This document shows positions 13,045 through 25,473 of a stretch of DNA of 64,000 nt, in pieces. Origin of the DNA: Octopus sinensis (taxonomy: Eukaryota); contig NC_043001.1 in NCBI RefSeq assembly GCF_006345805.1, positions 24,614,001 to 24,678,000 on the forward strand, written 5' to 3'. A program made the translations under genes and the position numbers. Each line of letters begins with the position of its first letter. Position 1 is the first letter of the stretch. The notes beneath the pieces were generated by a model. It saw only the letters and a list, made by a program, of their open reading frames with translations, was not told where the DNA came from and ran no database searches.

Positions 13045-13410
13045 CAGCTATGTGCTTAAAAGGCTTGCTTTGCAACCGTATGGTTTCAAGTTCAATCTCA
13101 CTGCACAGCACTTTGGATAAATGTCTTCTGCTGTGGCCCCAGATCAAACATTAACTTGGGAGTGAATTTGGTAGGGGGGGGAAACTGTATTGACGCCTAC
13201 ATATATATAAGTGTGTGTCTTTGTGGTCAAGCCCCAACTGCTTTACAACCAGCGTTGGTTTGTTTACATCCCCACAACTTGGCAGTTATGCAAAAGAGAG
13301 TAATAGAATAAGTACCAAACTTAAATAAGCAAAGGGATCAATTTTATTGATTAAATTCTTCAAGATGGTGCCCCAACATGGCTGCAGTCCAATGATCGAA
13401 ACAAGCAACA
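13045..13410 (+). mobile_element. SINE family A, older diverged copy
   Basis: Degenerate head; tail GATGGTGCCCCAACATGGCTGCAG...GAAACAAG. Confidence 0.7.
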
Positions 13411-14211
13411 GCTACTGAATGCGGTTATGGTTGAAAAACCTTTCAGTACAAGTTTACTCAATAGACGTGTTTATATGAGAATTAGTATTGCAAAGTGACA
13501 AATGTTTTTGTACCTTGTACCTTAGAGACGTAATAATATTCCAGGTAGAATATCAATGAACCAGCTCTTCGGGTGCATTAACTATTGAAATGTAACTGCA
13601 AAATGTGTAACTAATGCAACTCCATGTTATTCTGTACTTAATTGACCTAATCATGTGATGAATATAAATGAGATAATAGTTGCTATCAACTACTAACTTA
13701 TTTGCATTCATTCTTCATGTTCAAAATACTAGAATCCCCTTTCAAATATATTGCAGATTTATAATATATTCTGTTCATTCTTCTTGTGGAGATTGCTTAA
13801 AAAATCCATTATGGAATCTAATATATGGATAGAGAATCATTTCATATCATCAAAGAATTTCCTTGAGTTTCTTCCAAGCATGACAAACTCGACAGCACAC
13901 AGCATTTATTAGGTCGTTTAAGTACAGAATAACACAGAATTATTTTAATTACCCATTCTACAGTTACATCTAATTAGTTAATGGACATGAAGAATTGATT
14001 CATGAAATTGTATTTGAAATACTATTGTAATTCTAAGCTAGAACATACCACTGTATTGAAATACTGAGTAAGCTAGAAATTCTGTTACTCTTTATTATTC
14101 CCAGATTGACTCTGATCAAACAGGCCTTTTATCAAAGGCCTTCCAACCAAGACCACTTCATATTTTAGTGCTATGTTTCAGATTACATTACAGAATGTAT
14201 GGGTGTTTGCT

Positions 14212-14560
14212 TTTTACAGTGAATTGACAGAAGGCAAGTGCACACAAGGTGGGCGGAAAAAGCACTTCAAAGATACACTTAAAACCTCACTGAAGTACTT
14301 TCAGATCAACCCTGATAAATTGGGAAATGCGAGCGCAGGACAACCCTGTCTAGCATAGCGGCACCAACAGAGGTGCCACCTCCTACGAACAGAATAGGAT
14401 CACAGGAACTTTGTTCCCAGCATACCATCAGTGCCCAACATGAGGCAGAACCTTCCAAGCATACACTGACCTGATCAACCCCAGCCAGACATACTGTCCC
14501 CCATCTTTTTCTCCCATGTGATATCCTGGTCATTGTAAAAAACGACGGTCAAACATTATT
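14212..14560 (+). mobile_element. RTE LINE 3' fragment
   Basis: FYSELTEGKCTQGGRKKHFKDTLKTSLKYFQI resembles the RTE C-terminal YGEL..GKR..GG.KK.FKD.LK.SL motif. Confidence 0.8.
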
Positions 14561-14589
14561 ATCATATATGTATATATATAAAAAAAAAA

Positions 14590-14868
14590 AAAGATAAACG
14601 TCGCCCTTTTCAAGCCTAGCCAGGCTCGTGGGCCCGGTTTCCCGGTTTCTGTGGCGTATGTGTTCCCCTCAAGAAACAGGAAGAGAGAGTGAGAGAAAGT
14701 TGTGGCGAAAGAGTACAACAGGGGTCGCCACCACCCCCTGCCAGAGCCTCGTGGAGATTTTAGGTGTTTTCACTCAATAAACACATACAACGCCTGGTCT
14801 GGGAATCAAAACCATGACCCTCCGACCGCGAGTCCGCTGCCCTAACCACTAGGCCATTGCACCTCCAC
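14590..14868 (-). mobile_element. SINE family E (tRNA-derived head)
   Basis: Minus strand GGTGCAATGGCCTAGTGGTTAGGGCAGCGGACTCGCGGTCGGAGGGTCATGGTTTTGATTCC has A and B boxes; second copy at 53790. Confidence 0.8.
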
Positions 14869-14879
14869 ACACACACATC

Positions 14880-15050
14880 ATTAGCCACTACACACATTTT
14901 TTTCTCTCCTTGTTTTTTCTGTGTCCCTTTCTTTAGAAGAGCGTAGGCTCAAAACGTAAAAGACTTTTTCTGTTCCTGAGCGTTATACTAATACATCTGT
15001 TTGTTTTGTACACCACCTGTCTTCAACTTTTGTTTTTTTTTCGTAAACTC
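14880..15050 (+). mobile_element. Penelope-like terminal repeat fragment with hammerhead-like motif
   Basis: Homologous to 23438-23575, 58010-58215 and 39215-39350; degenerate hammerhead at 14927-14962. Confidence 0.6.
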
Positions 15051-15051
15051 T

Positions 15052-15085
<34 letters not shown>

Positions 15086-16584
15086 GCACACACACATATA
15101 TATAACAAGGCAGTGCTGTAGCATGGCCACAGTCCAATGATTTAAACAAGTAAATACTAAAAGGTAAAGGCATTTAAATCGGAAAGGAATTATTTAAGGT
15201 AAATTTGACAGATATTTTTAGCAGGTCGTGTGACTACATAGTCATTGGTAATAAATTAAGGTAAAAAGTAAGCAAAGGATCACTTAAGAGAGTTTTGGTA
15301 AAGGAAGTATTAATAATGGGAGACTACTATAGAAAGTAATGCTGTTTCAGCTATGCTAAAGTAATCAGCTATAAAACTGATGTTGAAAATAATAATAACT
15401 ACAGAGTATAAAGTTCAGCTGCTGTGAATGATAGTGGTAGTTTGATTTTCTTTCCATTTCTTCCATTCACTTTTCTCTCAATTCTGTTTCGTCTCTGCTT
15501 TCTTTGTCTCTACTTCCATGTTTATAGTTTCTAAAACAGAAATTTTTTTTTTTTTTTTCTCAGAAAAATTTAAAATATCACCTGTAGATTTTAAAATGTA
15601 TTAGTCTTTTATAGTACAGATTTTTACAACCAACTAATTTGATTCATTGGTTTTAATGATTCTGAAACAGTCAAATATTTTTTTTTAAATGGAAAAAAAA
15701 CCAAACGAATATATTAAAATGAAACAAATCACTTAAAATTCTTTAATAGTTTTTTTGTTTTGTTTTGTTTTTACATTTAAAAGTTGAATCTATGATTCTT
15801 CAGAAAATACCGACATTGGCATAGCAACACACCTACACTGTGACAGCCAACCTGTGTAGGTGTTACTCATGAGCTATAACCATTACTAGACTTCATTATC
15901 ATTTCGTAATATTGCTAGCATCTAAGATATGATAATAATGATAATAATAACAACAATAACAACAACAACAACTAATGATAATTTCATGATTTTTTTTCTC
16001 TGTTTATAACAGTGTTCATGAACAGTAAATATTATCACTTTGGCTACGTATTTACCAGAAAAACCAAGTAAATTATTTTCTTTGTAAGATGAGACTAGAA
16101 TAATTTTAAAATCAGAAATTATAATTCAAAGCTTCTGATATTAATCAATTTGGATTTTTTTTCTCATAAGTTTTCTTGCTTGTCTACCTCCTTCAAAGAA
16201 AAATTCTGGATGTAACAAAATTTATTTTAATAAGATAATTGAATGTAGTTAAGTAGCCTTTGTCATCTTCTTGCCAATCAAACACTTAATAGCACTCGGC
16301 AATTTCTGGGTACTGACTGGGTACTGGATTTGACTCTACTCTGACAACATGTTACATGCTGTCATGTAGTCCTTCATGTGCTGGGTAGCAGTTAGAACAT
16401 ATTGTAGCAGCTGGCCGATCAAAATGTGTAAATGGAGGTAGTAGCAGCAGCAATATACTTCACAGTGGTGTAATAGGCTTAATTTCTCAGAATTTTTTAC
16501 CTGCAATTGACAATCAAAGAATGGAGTTTAGGCTTGGAGAAAGAACTATTTTATAGACACTTTCATATTGGTTTAAAATTTTGG

Positions 16585-16783
16585 CACAAGGCCAGCAATT
16601 TCAGGGTGGGGATAAGTGAATTACATCAAATTCAGTGTTCAACTGGTACTTATTTAATCAACCCTAATGAGATGAAATGCAAAGTTGACCTCAGCAAAAT
16701 TTGAACTCAGAATGAAAAGCCAGACAAAATGATACTAAGCATTTTTCCCAGCATGCTAATGACTCTATCACCTTGCTGCCTTT
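16585..16783 (-). mobile_element. SINE family C
   Basis: GCACAAGGCC...CTGGTACTTATTTAATC...GCAAAGTTGACCTC...TTTGAACTCAGAA...CTAAGCATTT. Confidence 0.75.
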
Positions 16784-16809
16784 GTTGACATTTTCATACT
16801 AATACTTAC

Positions 16810-16890
16810 ATTGGTTTGTATGAATATATAAAGAGTGACCATTGCAATAAATATAATATTGATGCCAAAAACTGTAAACCTGCAGCTCTT
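16810..16890 (-). CDS. Candidate internal exon of an unidentified host gene
   Basis: TCTTGTAG acceptor, GTAAGT donor, 81 nt, no stop in any frame; no homology recognised. Confidence 0.3.
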
Positions 16891-17079
16891 CTACAAGATA
16901 TCAAAAACTTACCACTGAAAATGTATCCTGTGCAGTGAATAGCCCAGGCTTCACTTGTTATATGCTGAGACCTTCCAGCTCCATCATATTTTACTTTTAG
17001 TTTGTATATGTATGTATGCATGTATGTATGTATGTATCATGTAGGTATGTATGTATGGATGTGTATGTATATATGTATG

Positions 17080-17139
<60 letters not shown>

Positions 17140-17146
<7 letters not shown>

Positions 17147-17345
17147 TGTGTGTTTGTGTTTGTCCCCACCACCATCACAACTGATGTTGGTGTGTTTACA
17201 TCTCCCTAACTTATCGCAGATTGGCAAAAGAGACCGATAGAATAAGTACTAGGCTTACAAAGAATAAGTCCTGAGGTTGATTTGTTCGACTAAAAGCGGT
17301 GCTTCAGCATGACCGCAGTCAAATGACTGAAACAAGTAAAAGAAT
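17140..17345 (+). mobile_element. SINE family A, 3' half after a (TA)n/(TATG)n tract
   Basis: Family tail AAGCGGTGCTTCAGCATGACCGCAGTCAAATGACTGAAAC. Confidence 0.85.
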
Positions 17346-17956
17346 ATATATATATATATAAATGCATCAAGTACAAGACATCACCAATGAGTGAAAATTA
17401 CATATATACACACGCGATAAGTACAGAACAAATTACCAAAAAATATACAATAAGAACAGTACATCACCAACAAGTAAAAAAAGAAATATATGTATATATA
17501 TATGTTTGTATGTATACACCCATAGATACATACATACATACATACATAAATACATATAGTATGACTAACACTGAAATACATTTATTGCCTCAAACAATGG
17601 CCATGCAAAAATCATAATCTATTGAAAACAAAATGTAGACATTTAAAGGACATGCATCTAGTCAATCAATCTTAAGTGCTTGTTGCCTAAATTGAGAAGA
17701 GCATGTCTTTTGAATGGAAGTTCAATTGCTTTAAAAACATCTCATAAGGCAAGTTGGTTCTTGTAGTATGTAAACCATAATATCGGTCACCTGAATTGAG
17801 CTTGACAAAGCAATCTGGTGCAAAAAAAAAAAAACAAAGCATATTTAAGGAACTATAAGAACAGTTGTAGTTAAAATGAGGTGGGGAATAATTGCAAAGA
17901 TGATCAGAGGTTTTAATCCATTAGCACTTTGAACCAAATTAGGAATTAGGAATATT

Positions 17957-18377
17957 CTTCTCTACTCTAGGCACAAGGCCCAAAATTTTGGGAGAGGGGG
18001 CCAGTCAATTAGATCAACCCCAGTATGCAACTGGTACTTAATTTATCAAACCCGAAAGGATGAAAGGCAAAGTTGACCTCGGCAGAATTTGAACTCAGAA
18101 CGTAAAGACAGATGAAATACTGCTAAGCATTTCGCCCAGTGTGCTAACGTTTCTTATTTCTTTATTGCCCACAAGGGGCTACACACAGAGGGGACAGACA
18201 AATGGATTAAGTCGATTACATTGACCCCAGTGCATAACTGGTACTTAATTTATCGACCCTGAAAGGATGAAAGGCAAAGTCGACCTCGGCGGAATTTGAA
18301 CTCAGAACATAACGGCAGATGAAATACCACTAAGCTTTTCGCCTGGCGTGCTAATGTTTCTGCCAGATCACTGCCTT
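17957..18377 (-). mobile_element. Dimeric SINE family C insertion with 14-bp TSD
   Basis: Two head-to-tail C units; GAATTAGGAATATT at 17943-17956 and 18380-18393. Confidence 0.85.
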
Positions 18378-18549
18378 AAGAATTAGGAATATTGAATTAA
18401 TCATGTGGCCCCTCTACAACAAGAAACCTGTTCTGCTCTAGCCCCTTCTCTCAAACTTTTACTCCTCATCTCCAAGCATAAAACTAACTTTTGTAACTTT
18501 CAAGTTACATAGCTACCTACAGGTGCCATAAAAAGAGTATCCAATACAT

Positions 18550-18710
18550 GCTGTAAAGTGGTTGGCATTAGAAAGTATCTCCAGCCACAGGAGCCATACC
18601 AAAACAAATACTGGAGCATGATGTGGTTCTTGGGCCCATCAGATCCTGTCAAAATGTCCAAGCCATGCCAGTATAGAACTTGGATGTTAAATCATGATGA
18701 TGATGATGAT
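18550..18710 (+). mobile_element. SINE family B, diverged
   Basis: GTGGTTGGCATTAGAAAG...CCATGCCAG...GATGTTAAATCATGATGATGATGAT. Confidence 0.65.
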
Positions 18711-18996
18711 AAATTAATATCAGTGAAGAATTTTTTAACTATACACATAATGTCCATGCCTTGGTATGTCTGTTCATTTATCGACTGAACCATGAATAAA
18801 TATGATTAAAGTTTTAAGATGTTATAATAACATACCATTGTAATAAGATGTTATATAATATTCTGAAATGTAATCATATTGTATTGTATTTCAAATAATT
18901 ATATGTGACCATACAATAAGTTTTGTTTATTAATACCTTCACACTATTATTGGCAAGTCATGCAATAGCTTCACTTCCACCTTATTCAGGACTTAC

Positions 18997-19043
18997 TGAA
19001 AAGATGCAGGGTTGTAGTCTTAATACTATAATTTTGTAGTACA
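18997..19043 (-). CDS. Candidate small exon
   Basis: GTAAGT donor; weak A-rich acceptor (ATCTTAG); frame-compatible with the flanking candidates. Confidence 0.2.
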
Positions 19044-19520
19044 ACTAAGATATATATTTTTTGTTTTTTTGCATATTTATATGTTATAAACATAAATCAT
19101 TAGGTAAATATATTCAATACGAATATTATATACTGAATTTATATCAAGTGCTCCATTGTATAAAATAATATTAATACTATTAAAGTTAAAAACTTAATTC
19201 AAAACTTTTAAACTTTCAAATTTATTTTATACATCATATTTATATTTTTAATATTTATTTATTTATATATATTTTTAATACATAAAGTCTTTCATATGGG
19301 TATATCTTTGTGAAAAATTCGATATTGATTTCCTTATATTAATAATAATAATAATATATTATTAAAAAATATATCTATATGTTATAAACATTTAATATTG
19401 TTTCATATACCGAACCACTCAGAAAATGTGTTGTGTTGTGTTTCAAACATTTTAACTACAAAAATTATAAAGTTCACTTTGAAATTACAAAAAAAAAAGA
19501 AGCAAATTATAACAACTTAC

Positions 19521-19583
19521 TCTGTTTCCTGAAACTGATCATGTTCTGACAGGATATACGATGGCCTGCATAATGTATTGCTT
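19521..19583 (-). CDS. Candidate internal exon
   Basis: TTAATTTTAACTTCAG acceptor, GTAAGT donor, 63 nt, two open frames. Confidence 0.35.
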
Positions 19584-20639
19584 CTGAAGTTAAAATTAAT
19601 TTTCAGAAAATTTAACTTATAATGTATGACATGATGTAGCATCTATTATATTTTTATGTTACTATTATGTTTTATAAAAAAAAATAACCCAGAATATTAA
19701 AAATATTTTAAAATTTATATTGTGAACACTTCAAAGATACACTGATAAGAAATATATCACCAAATTATCAATTGTTTGGATATGATAGGAAAAGAAACCT
19801 TATTAATAACTAACATACTAACAGTCTGTAGTAGTAGTACTATACAGATATTGATGTAAAAAATATATAGCTGTGAAAAAGATTAGAGAATACTAACAAA
19901 CAAGGAAAGAAAGTGAAAAGCCATGTGAGGAGTGGAACTTTGATCTATATCCCTTAATGTTTTAATAAATGCTTATGATTCACTGGTCAAATAAAACATT
20001 TTCAAGTATATAGCCTGTTTTACACCCATACAAATTTTGTTATTATCATTGCCAACAACATATATCTTTTATCGTCTTATTTTCCACATGAGCAAATGCT
20101 GTAGAGGTCACGACATACAGCATATCCCAAAACGTCTGAATGCTTATATGCATGCGATTATTCAATAATGCATAATTTTAGAACAAGCCCCCGCCCCCAA
20201 GAAAACTGAAAAGATGATAATAATGTCAATGAGGATGAAATTAGGGTCACTTTATTTGTAATTGTACAAACTTTTAGTTACAAGTTGATGAATGCTAACT
20301 CACAAATATGTCTGCTTTGGTATGTTACCACAAATTTAATAATTAAAAATCTAAGAATGATTTTTTTATATTATGTAAACCAGTTAACATGCTATTCTAA
20401 CCCTTTTCTTTACCATATGTATGTTGAGATGCTCTGTGTTTCTTTCAATTAATTTTAAATATAACAAAGAATTTCGTGAAATAACTTAGTTGTCATTAAG
20501 CTAGTGTTAGGAACATAGATTGTGACTAAGGTTTAGTGGAAGATTTTAATTCTAAACTTATGGAAACAAAACATTTGCACTACAGAGCCAGAGATACTTT
20601 TAAAAAGACATCCACATAAATTACATACTAGTTTTGGTG

Positions 20640-21480
20640 TGGCTTGAATTGCCTTTAGTGTCTGATCTTGATGGACTTTTGGAATGCTTTTTCAGATCTC
20701 CTTTAGATTTGCAAGTCCTAATTCTCATAATCAGTAGGAAGTGCTCTATTGTGTGCTCTTGTATAAGACAGACAGAATTTGCTACAGGAGTGTTTCACTG
20801 GTGCTGGTGATGTCCTACGCTTTAGGAGAAACATTTACACAGCACTTTATAGCTCAGTTAACCATTACCACATCATGGTCATGGTGCTTATTTCAGATTC
20901 CTGACCCAGAATGAATCCACATCATATCAGGAAGAAGCATTTGCAACATTGATAATATTGTCTTTCAGGCTGTGATATACATTTTGTGTTTTTCATGCAA
21001 ACTTACAGTTGATAGTCTTACATTCTTGTAATTTCCTATGAAATAACAAAGTTTTTGATTTACCATTCATAGTTTATGTCTAAAGGAAATTAGTTAGTTT
21101 ACCAGTGAGTGTCTCTTGTCAACAGTTCCTGTAGGTTTTGGATAGTCTACTGATTCTAAAAACAATAGTTTACTGGAACTGCCACAAGAGATCTCTGAAA
21201 TAAAAAGAATTTTCTATTGATTTTTGTTACTAATTCAAAATCTGTTGAGAAACTTTATATTCACTTTGCATCTAATAATAGTAACTACTTGTTCGATGTT
21301 TTTCCATAGTCTTTTGATGTTTTCTATTTTCTTTTTGGAGAATGGTAATCTGTTTTGATAATATGTTACCAAATCTCTGATTTTTCTATTCATTGGTGAA
21401 TGGCAAATGCAACACAATGCAGTTAGACATTCAGGGTCCAAAAACAGAGAGCTTCAATTCATGCTAGTGTTCTTTAGTAA
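20640..21480 (-). mobile_element. Degenerate retroelement relic, possibly the Penelope-like ORF N-terminus
   Basis: ORF 21235-21441 (...ENIKRLWKNIEQVVTIIRCKVNIKFL) loosely resembles Penelope N-termini; a ~100-bp segment recurs at 23771-23870. Confidence 0.3.
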
Positions 21481-21552
21481 CATGATCAATCATAGACACC
21501 ATCAAGTCACTAGGTTTTCGCATTGACTTGTTTCACAAACATTTGTTCACTT

Positions 21553-22862
21553 AATGGCCTGTTGATGTAAATAGAAAAGTTCTTTTGCAATTTTGCTTCA
21601 AACTGCTTTTTCTTTCATTTTTATTTCTTTGTAAATGGTCACTTACATGTCTGTAAAATAATTCTTTCAAATACAGGCATAAGACTTGAAATTTTGGGGG
21701 AGGGGTCTAGTTGATTACATCAACCCCAATTCTTGGCCAGTACTTTATTGTATAGACCCAAAAAGGATGAATGGCAAAGTCAGCCAGTGGAATTTAAACT
21801 CAGAACTTAAAGGCTTCTTGTCCAGCATGCTGATGATTTTGCTGGCTAGCTATCTTGCTTTCTTCTAGATGCACAAGGCTTGATATTTTGGGGGAAGGCT
21901 AGTCAATTACATCGACCCCAGTACACAACTGGTACTTATTTTATCAAGCCTGTAAGGATAAATGTCAAAGTCACCCTTGGTGGAATGGCCTGTTGATGTA
22001 AATAGCAAAGTTCTTTTGCAATCTTGCTTCAAACTGCTTTTTCTTTAATTTTTATTTGTTTGTAAATGGTCACTTACATGTCTGCAAAATAATTCTTTCT
22101 AATACAGGCACAAGATATGAAATTTTTGGGAAGGGATCTAGTTGATTACATCAACCCCAGTTCTTGGCTGGTACTTTATTGTATAGACCCAAAGAGGATG
22201 AATGGCAAAGTTGGCCAGTGGAATTTAAACTCAGAACTTAAAGGCAGACAAACCACTAAGCTTCTTTTCCAGCATGCTGATGATTTTGCTAGCTGGCTAT
22301 CTTTCTTTCTACTATATATACAAGGCTTGATATTTTGGGGGAAGGCTAGTCAATAACATCGACCCCAGTACTCAACTGGTACTTATTTTATCAAGCTTGT
22401 AAGGATAAATGGCAAAGTCACTCTTGGTAGAATGGTCTATTGATGTAAATTGCAAAGTTCTTTTGCAATCTTGCTTCAAACTGCTTTTCCTTTCATTTTT
22501 ATTTCTTTGTAAATGGTCACTTACATGTCTGTAAAATAATTCTTTCAAATACAGGCACAAGACTTGAAATTTTGGGGGAGGGGTCTAAGTTGATTATATT
22601 AACCCCAATTCTTGGCCGGTACTTTATTGTATAGGCCCAAATAGGATGAATTGCAAAGTTGGCCAGTGGAATTTAAACTCAGAACTTAAAGGCTTCTTGT
22701 CCAGCATGCTGATAATTTTGCTAGCTAGCTATCTTGCTTTCTACTATATATACAAGGCTTGATATTTTGCGGGAAGGCTAGTCAATTACATCGACCCCAG
22801 TACACAACTGGTACTTATTTTATCAAGCCTGTAAGGATAAATGGCAAAGTCACCCTCGGTGG
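21553..22862. repeat. Tandem triplication of a ~430-447 bp unit, each unit holding two decayed SINE C pieces
   Basis: Units start at AATGGCCTGTTGATG (21553, 21984) and AATGGTCTATTGATG (22431). Confidence 0.95.
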
Positions 22863-23437
22863 AATTTGAACAATGTGAATCGGGAGGAAATGCTACTCAG
22901 CATTTTGTCTGACATGCTAATGGCTCTGCCAGTTCCCTGCCTCAGATGTTTGTATGATAACAGAAGTGTTATTGTAATCATTTTCTTTTTAGTCACAGTT
23001 CATGTTTTTAGCTATTTTTCTGAGAGCAGAATCTTCCGGATTGTTGATACTGTGTTATATACTGTGCATTCTTTATGGTTAGTGTTGCTAAGCATTTCTC
23101 TGCTTTGCACTGAAATCTGAATAGTTGGTATATTTTGCATCCTTGAAGCTCTTCATCCTTTTTAAGTAACCAACTGAGGGATCTAACTTGCAATAGCTCA
23201 CACTGACTCTCTGTCTTACCATAGCTTATGTAGTGCTAATACACATATTACAATGTATTATTAAGCAGTTTAATTTATCATTTCATTATTGCTACAGTCA
23301 TGTCTAAACACACACTTCTTTGAATTTATCCCCAAACTATAATAAAATGCTTATATAGCCTTATGTGTATGTATGTATGGATGTATGGATGGATGGATGG
23401 ATAGATTCGTTCATTCATTCATTCATTCATTCATTCA

Positions 23438-23575
23438 CAAAAGACGAAGACAGGTGGTGTAGCCAACAAACAGATATATTAGTATAACACTCGGGAAGTG
23501 AAAAAATCTTTAACGTTTTGAGCCTACGCTCTTCTACAGAAAGAACCAAGAAGAGAAAATAAACAGAGAAAATAA
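23438..23575 (-). mobile_element. Penelope-like terminal repeat fragment with hammerhead-like motif
   Basis: Motif at 23507-23544: TCTTT CTGTAGA A GAGC GTAG GCTC AAAAC GTT AAAGA. Confidence 0.6.
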
Positions 23576-23606
<31 letters not shown>

Positions 23607-24359
23607 TGTACGTATGTATGCATGTCTCTTCGTTTGTGTGTGTGAATGCATGTATGTATGTAAAACATGTGCATAAAATGGAAGTGGTACCACTAGAAAC
23701 AAACAGGTAATATGTATTTCTTTAATATAGCTAGAGATTAATTATATTGGATTTCTTAAGATAGCTTCAAGATTCTAAAAACATTGCTTTAGCAAAACTG
23801 CTACAAGGGATCGGTGAAATGACAAGAATTTTCTATTGATTTTTGTTGCTAATTTAAAATCTGATGAGCTGAGATATGTTATTAATTTATCAAATCAAAT
23901 TAACATGCAAACAACAAAGAATAAAGTAATCTATTACTGTATTATTATTCTGTGTTTGAAAATTTAATTAATGTACTCAATTTATCTTCTTGTGATTGAA
24001 AAATTGATGGAGTTTGTTTAGGGATATGTAAATTGTGTTTGAGTTTTGTCTGTCAGATCTGTCTCAGAATAAATGTAAACATATAAACATTGAGGAGCAA
24101 CACATATTCAGCATATAGAACGTACTTTACTTCAGTTTAAACTGATATTAATTGCATTACACAAGAAAGTCTTTGAATACTGTATAAGTGTGAACGTATT
24201 GTATCCTATTTGCTCTTAAATGATTAACCTGTAATGTAATTCAGCAGATTCCAATGGTTGACTCATCATTGTCCTTTAATGTCCCTTACACTAGGACAAT
24301 AACAGAAATAACAGAACTAAAAATATTTTATATATAAAACAGAAATAAAAATAAACAAT

Positions 24360-24500
24360 TGCAGCATGGAAGGTGTTTGTAAGCCATTTAAGAAACACAC
24401 AAAAGCCGTTCGATTCACTTCAACATTTAAGTTTAATTTGGCAAAATATTTTTGTCGCTAAAATCTGCAACCTGTTCACTGACAAAAGTCCGTGCTGCAT
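24360..24500 (-). mobile_element. Penelope-like terminal repeat (hammerhead-shaped, non-canonical core)
   Basis: Short hairpin followed by the palindrome AAAATATTTT; same layout as the other Penelope-like ends. Confidence 0.35.
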
Positions 24501-24540
24501 CTCAATAAATAAAAATATTTATATATATAAAACACACATA

Positions 24541-24945
24541 TAGGCGCAGGAGTGGCTGTGTGGTAAGTAGCTTGCTAACCAACCACATGGTTCCGGTTTC
24601 AGTCCCACTGCGTGGCATCTTGGGCAAGTGTCTTCTGCTATAGCCCCGGGCCGACCAATGCCTTGTGAGTGGATTTGGTAGACGGAAACTGAAAGAAGCC
24701 TGTTGTATATATGTATATATATATAAGTGTGTGTGTGTGTGTTTGTGTGTCTGTGTTTGTCCCCCTAGCATTGCTTGACAACCGATGCTGGTGTGTTTAC
24801 GTCCCCGTCACTTAGCGGTTCGGCAAAAGAGACCGATAGAATAAGTACTGGGCTTACAAAGAATAAGTCCCGGGGTCGATTTGCTCAACTATAGGCGGTG
24901 CTCCGGCATGGCCGCAGTCAAATGACTGAAACAAGTAAAAGAGAA
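24541..24945 (+). mobile_element. SINE family A, full length, young
   Basis: Complete head, central microsatellite and tail; CpGs retained. Confidence 0.95.
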
Positions 24946-24983
24946 AGATAGATATTAAGATTGGTAGTAGATTCATCACATAG

Positions 24984-25360
24984 GCACAGGCATGGCTGTG
25001 TGGTTGAGAAGCTTGCTTTATAACTGCTTGGTTTTGAGTTCAGTTTCACTGCTTGTCACCTTGGGTAGTATCTGCTACTATAACCCTAGATCAGTCAATG
25101 CCTTGTGAGTAAATTTAGTAGGTGAAAACTGTGTGGAAACTTGTGTGCATGGGTTTGTGTCTGTATTTGTACCCTTCACCACAGCTTGACAATCAGTGTT
25201 GGTTTGTTTACATCCCGGTAACTTAGCAGTTTGGCAAAAAAGACTAACAGAATGAGTACCAGAGTTAAAAATAAGTACTAAGATCAATTTGTTTGGCTAA
25301 AATCCTTCAAGGTGACACCTCAGCATGGCTGCAATCTAATGACTGAAACAAGTAAAAGAA
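24984..25360 (+). mobile_element. SINE family A, older subfamily
   Basis: Diverged full-length copy directly downstream of 24541. Confidence 0.8.
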
Positions 25361-25396
25361 CATATATAAAATGATCTTTCACAGCTAATGACTTAC

Positions 25397-25473
25397 CCTG
25401 TGGTTATTTTAAGATTCCCTACATCTGTTTGTTTGTTCAGGAAATTTGGACTTGCGATGCAATGAATCATAAA
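25397..25473 (-). CDS. Candidate exon
   Basis: Strong CAGG|GTAAGT donor; pyrimidine-rich acceptor ending AAG; one open frame (FMIHCIASPNFLNKQTDVGNLKITT). Confidence 0.25.

Noticed and set aside
21553-22862. Regularly spaced repeats as a CRISPR-like array
   Set aside because: Units are ~440 bp, fully homologous and have no unique spacers; the context is eukaryotic.
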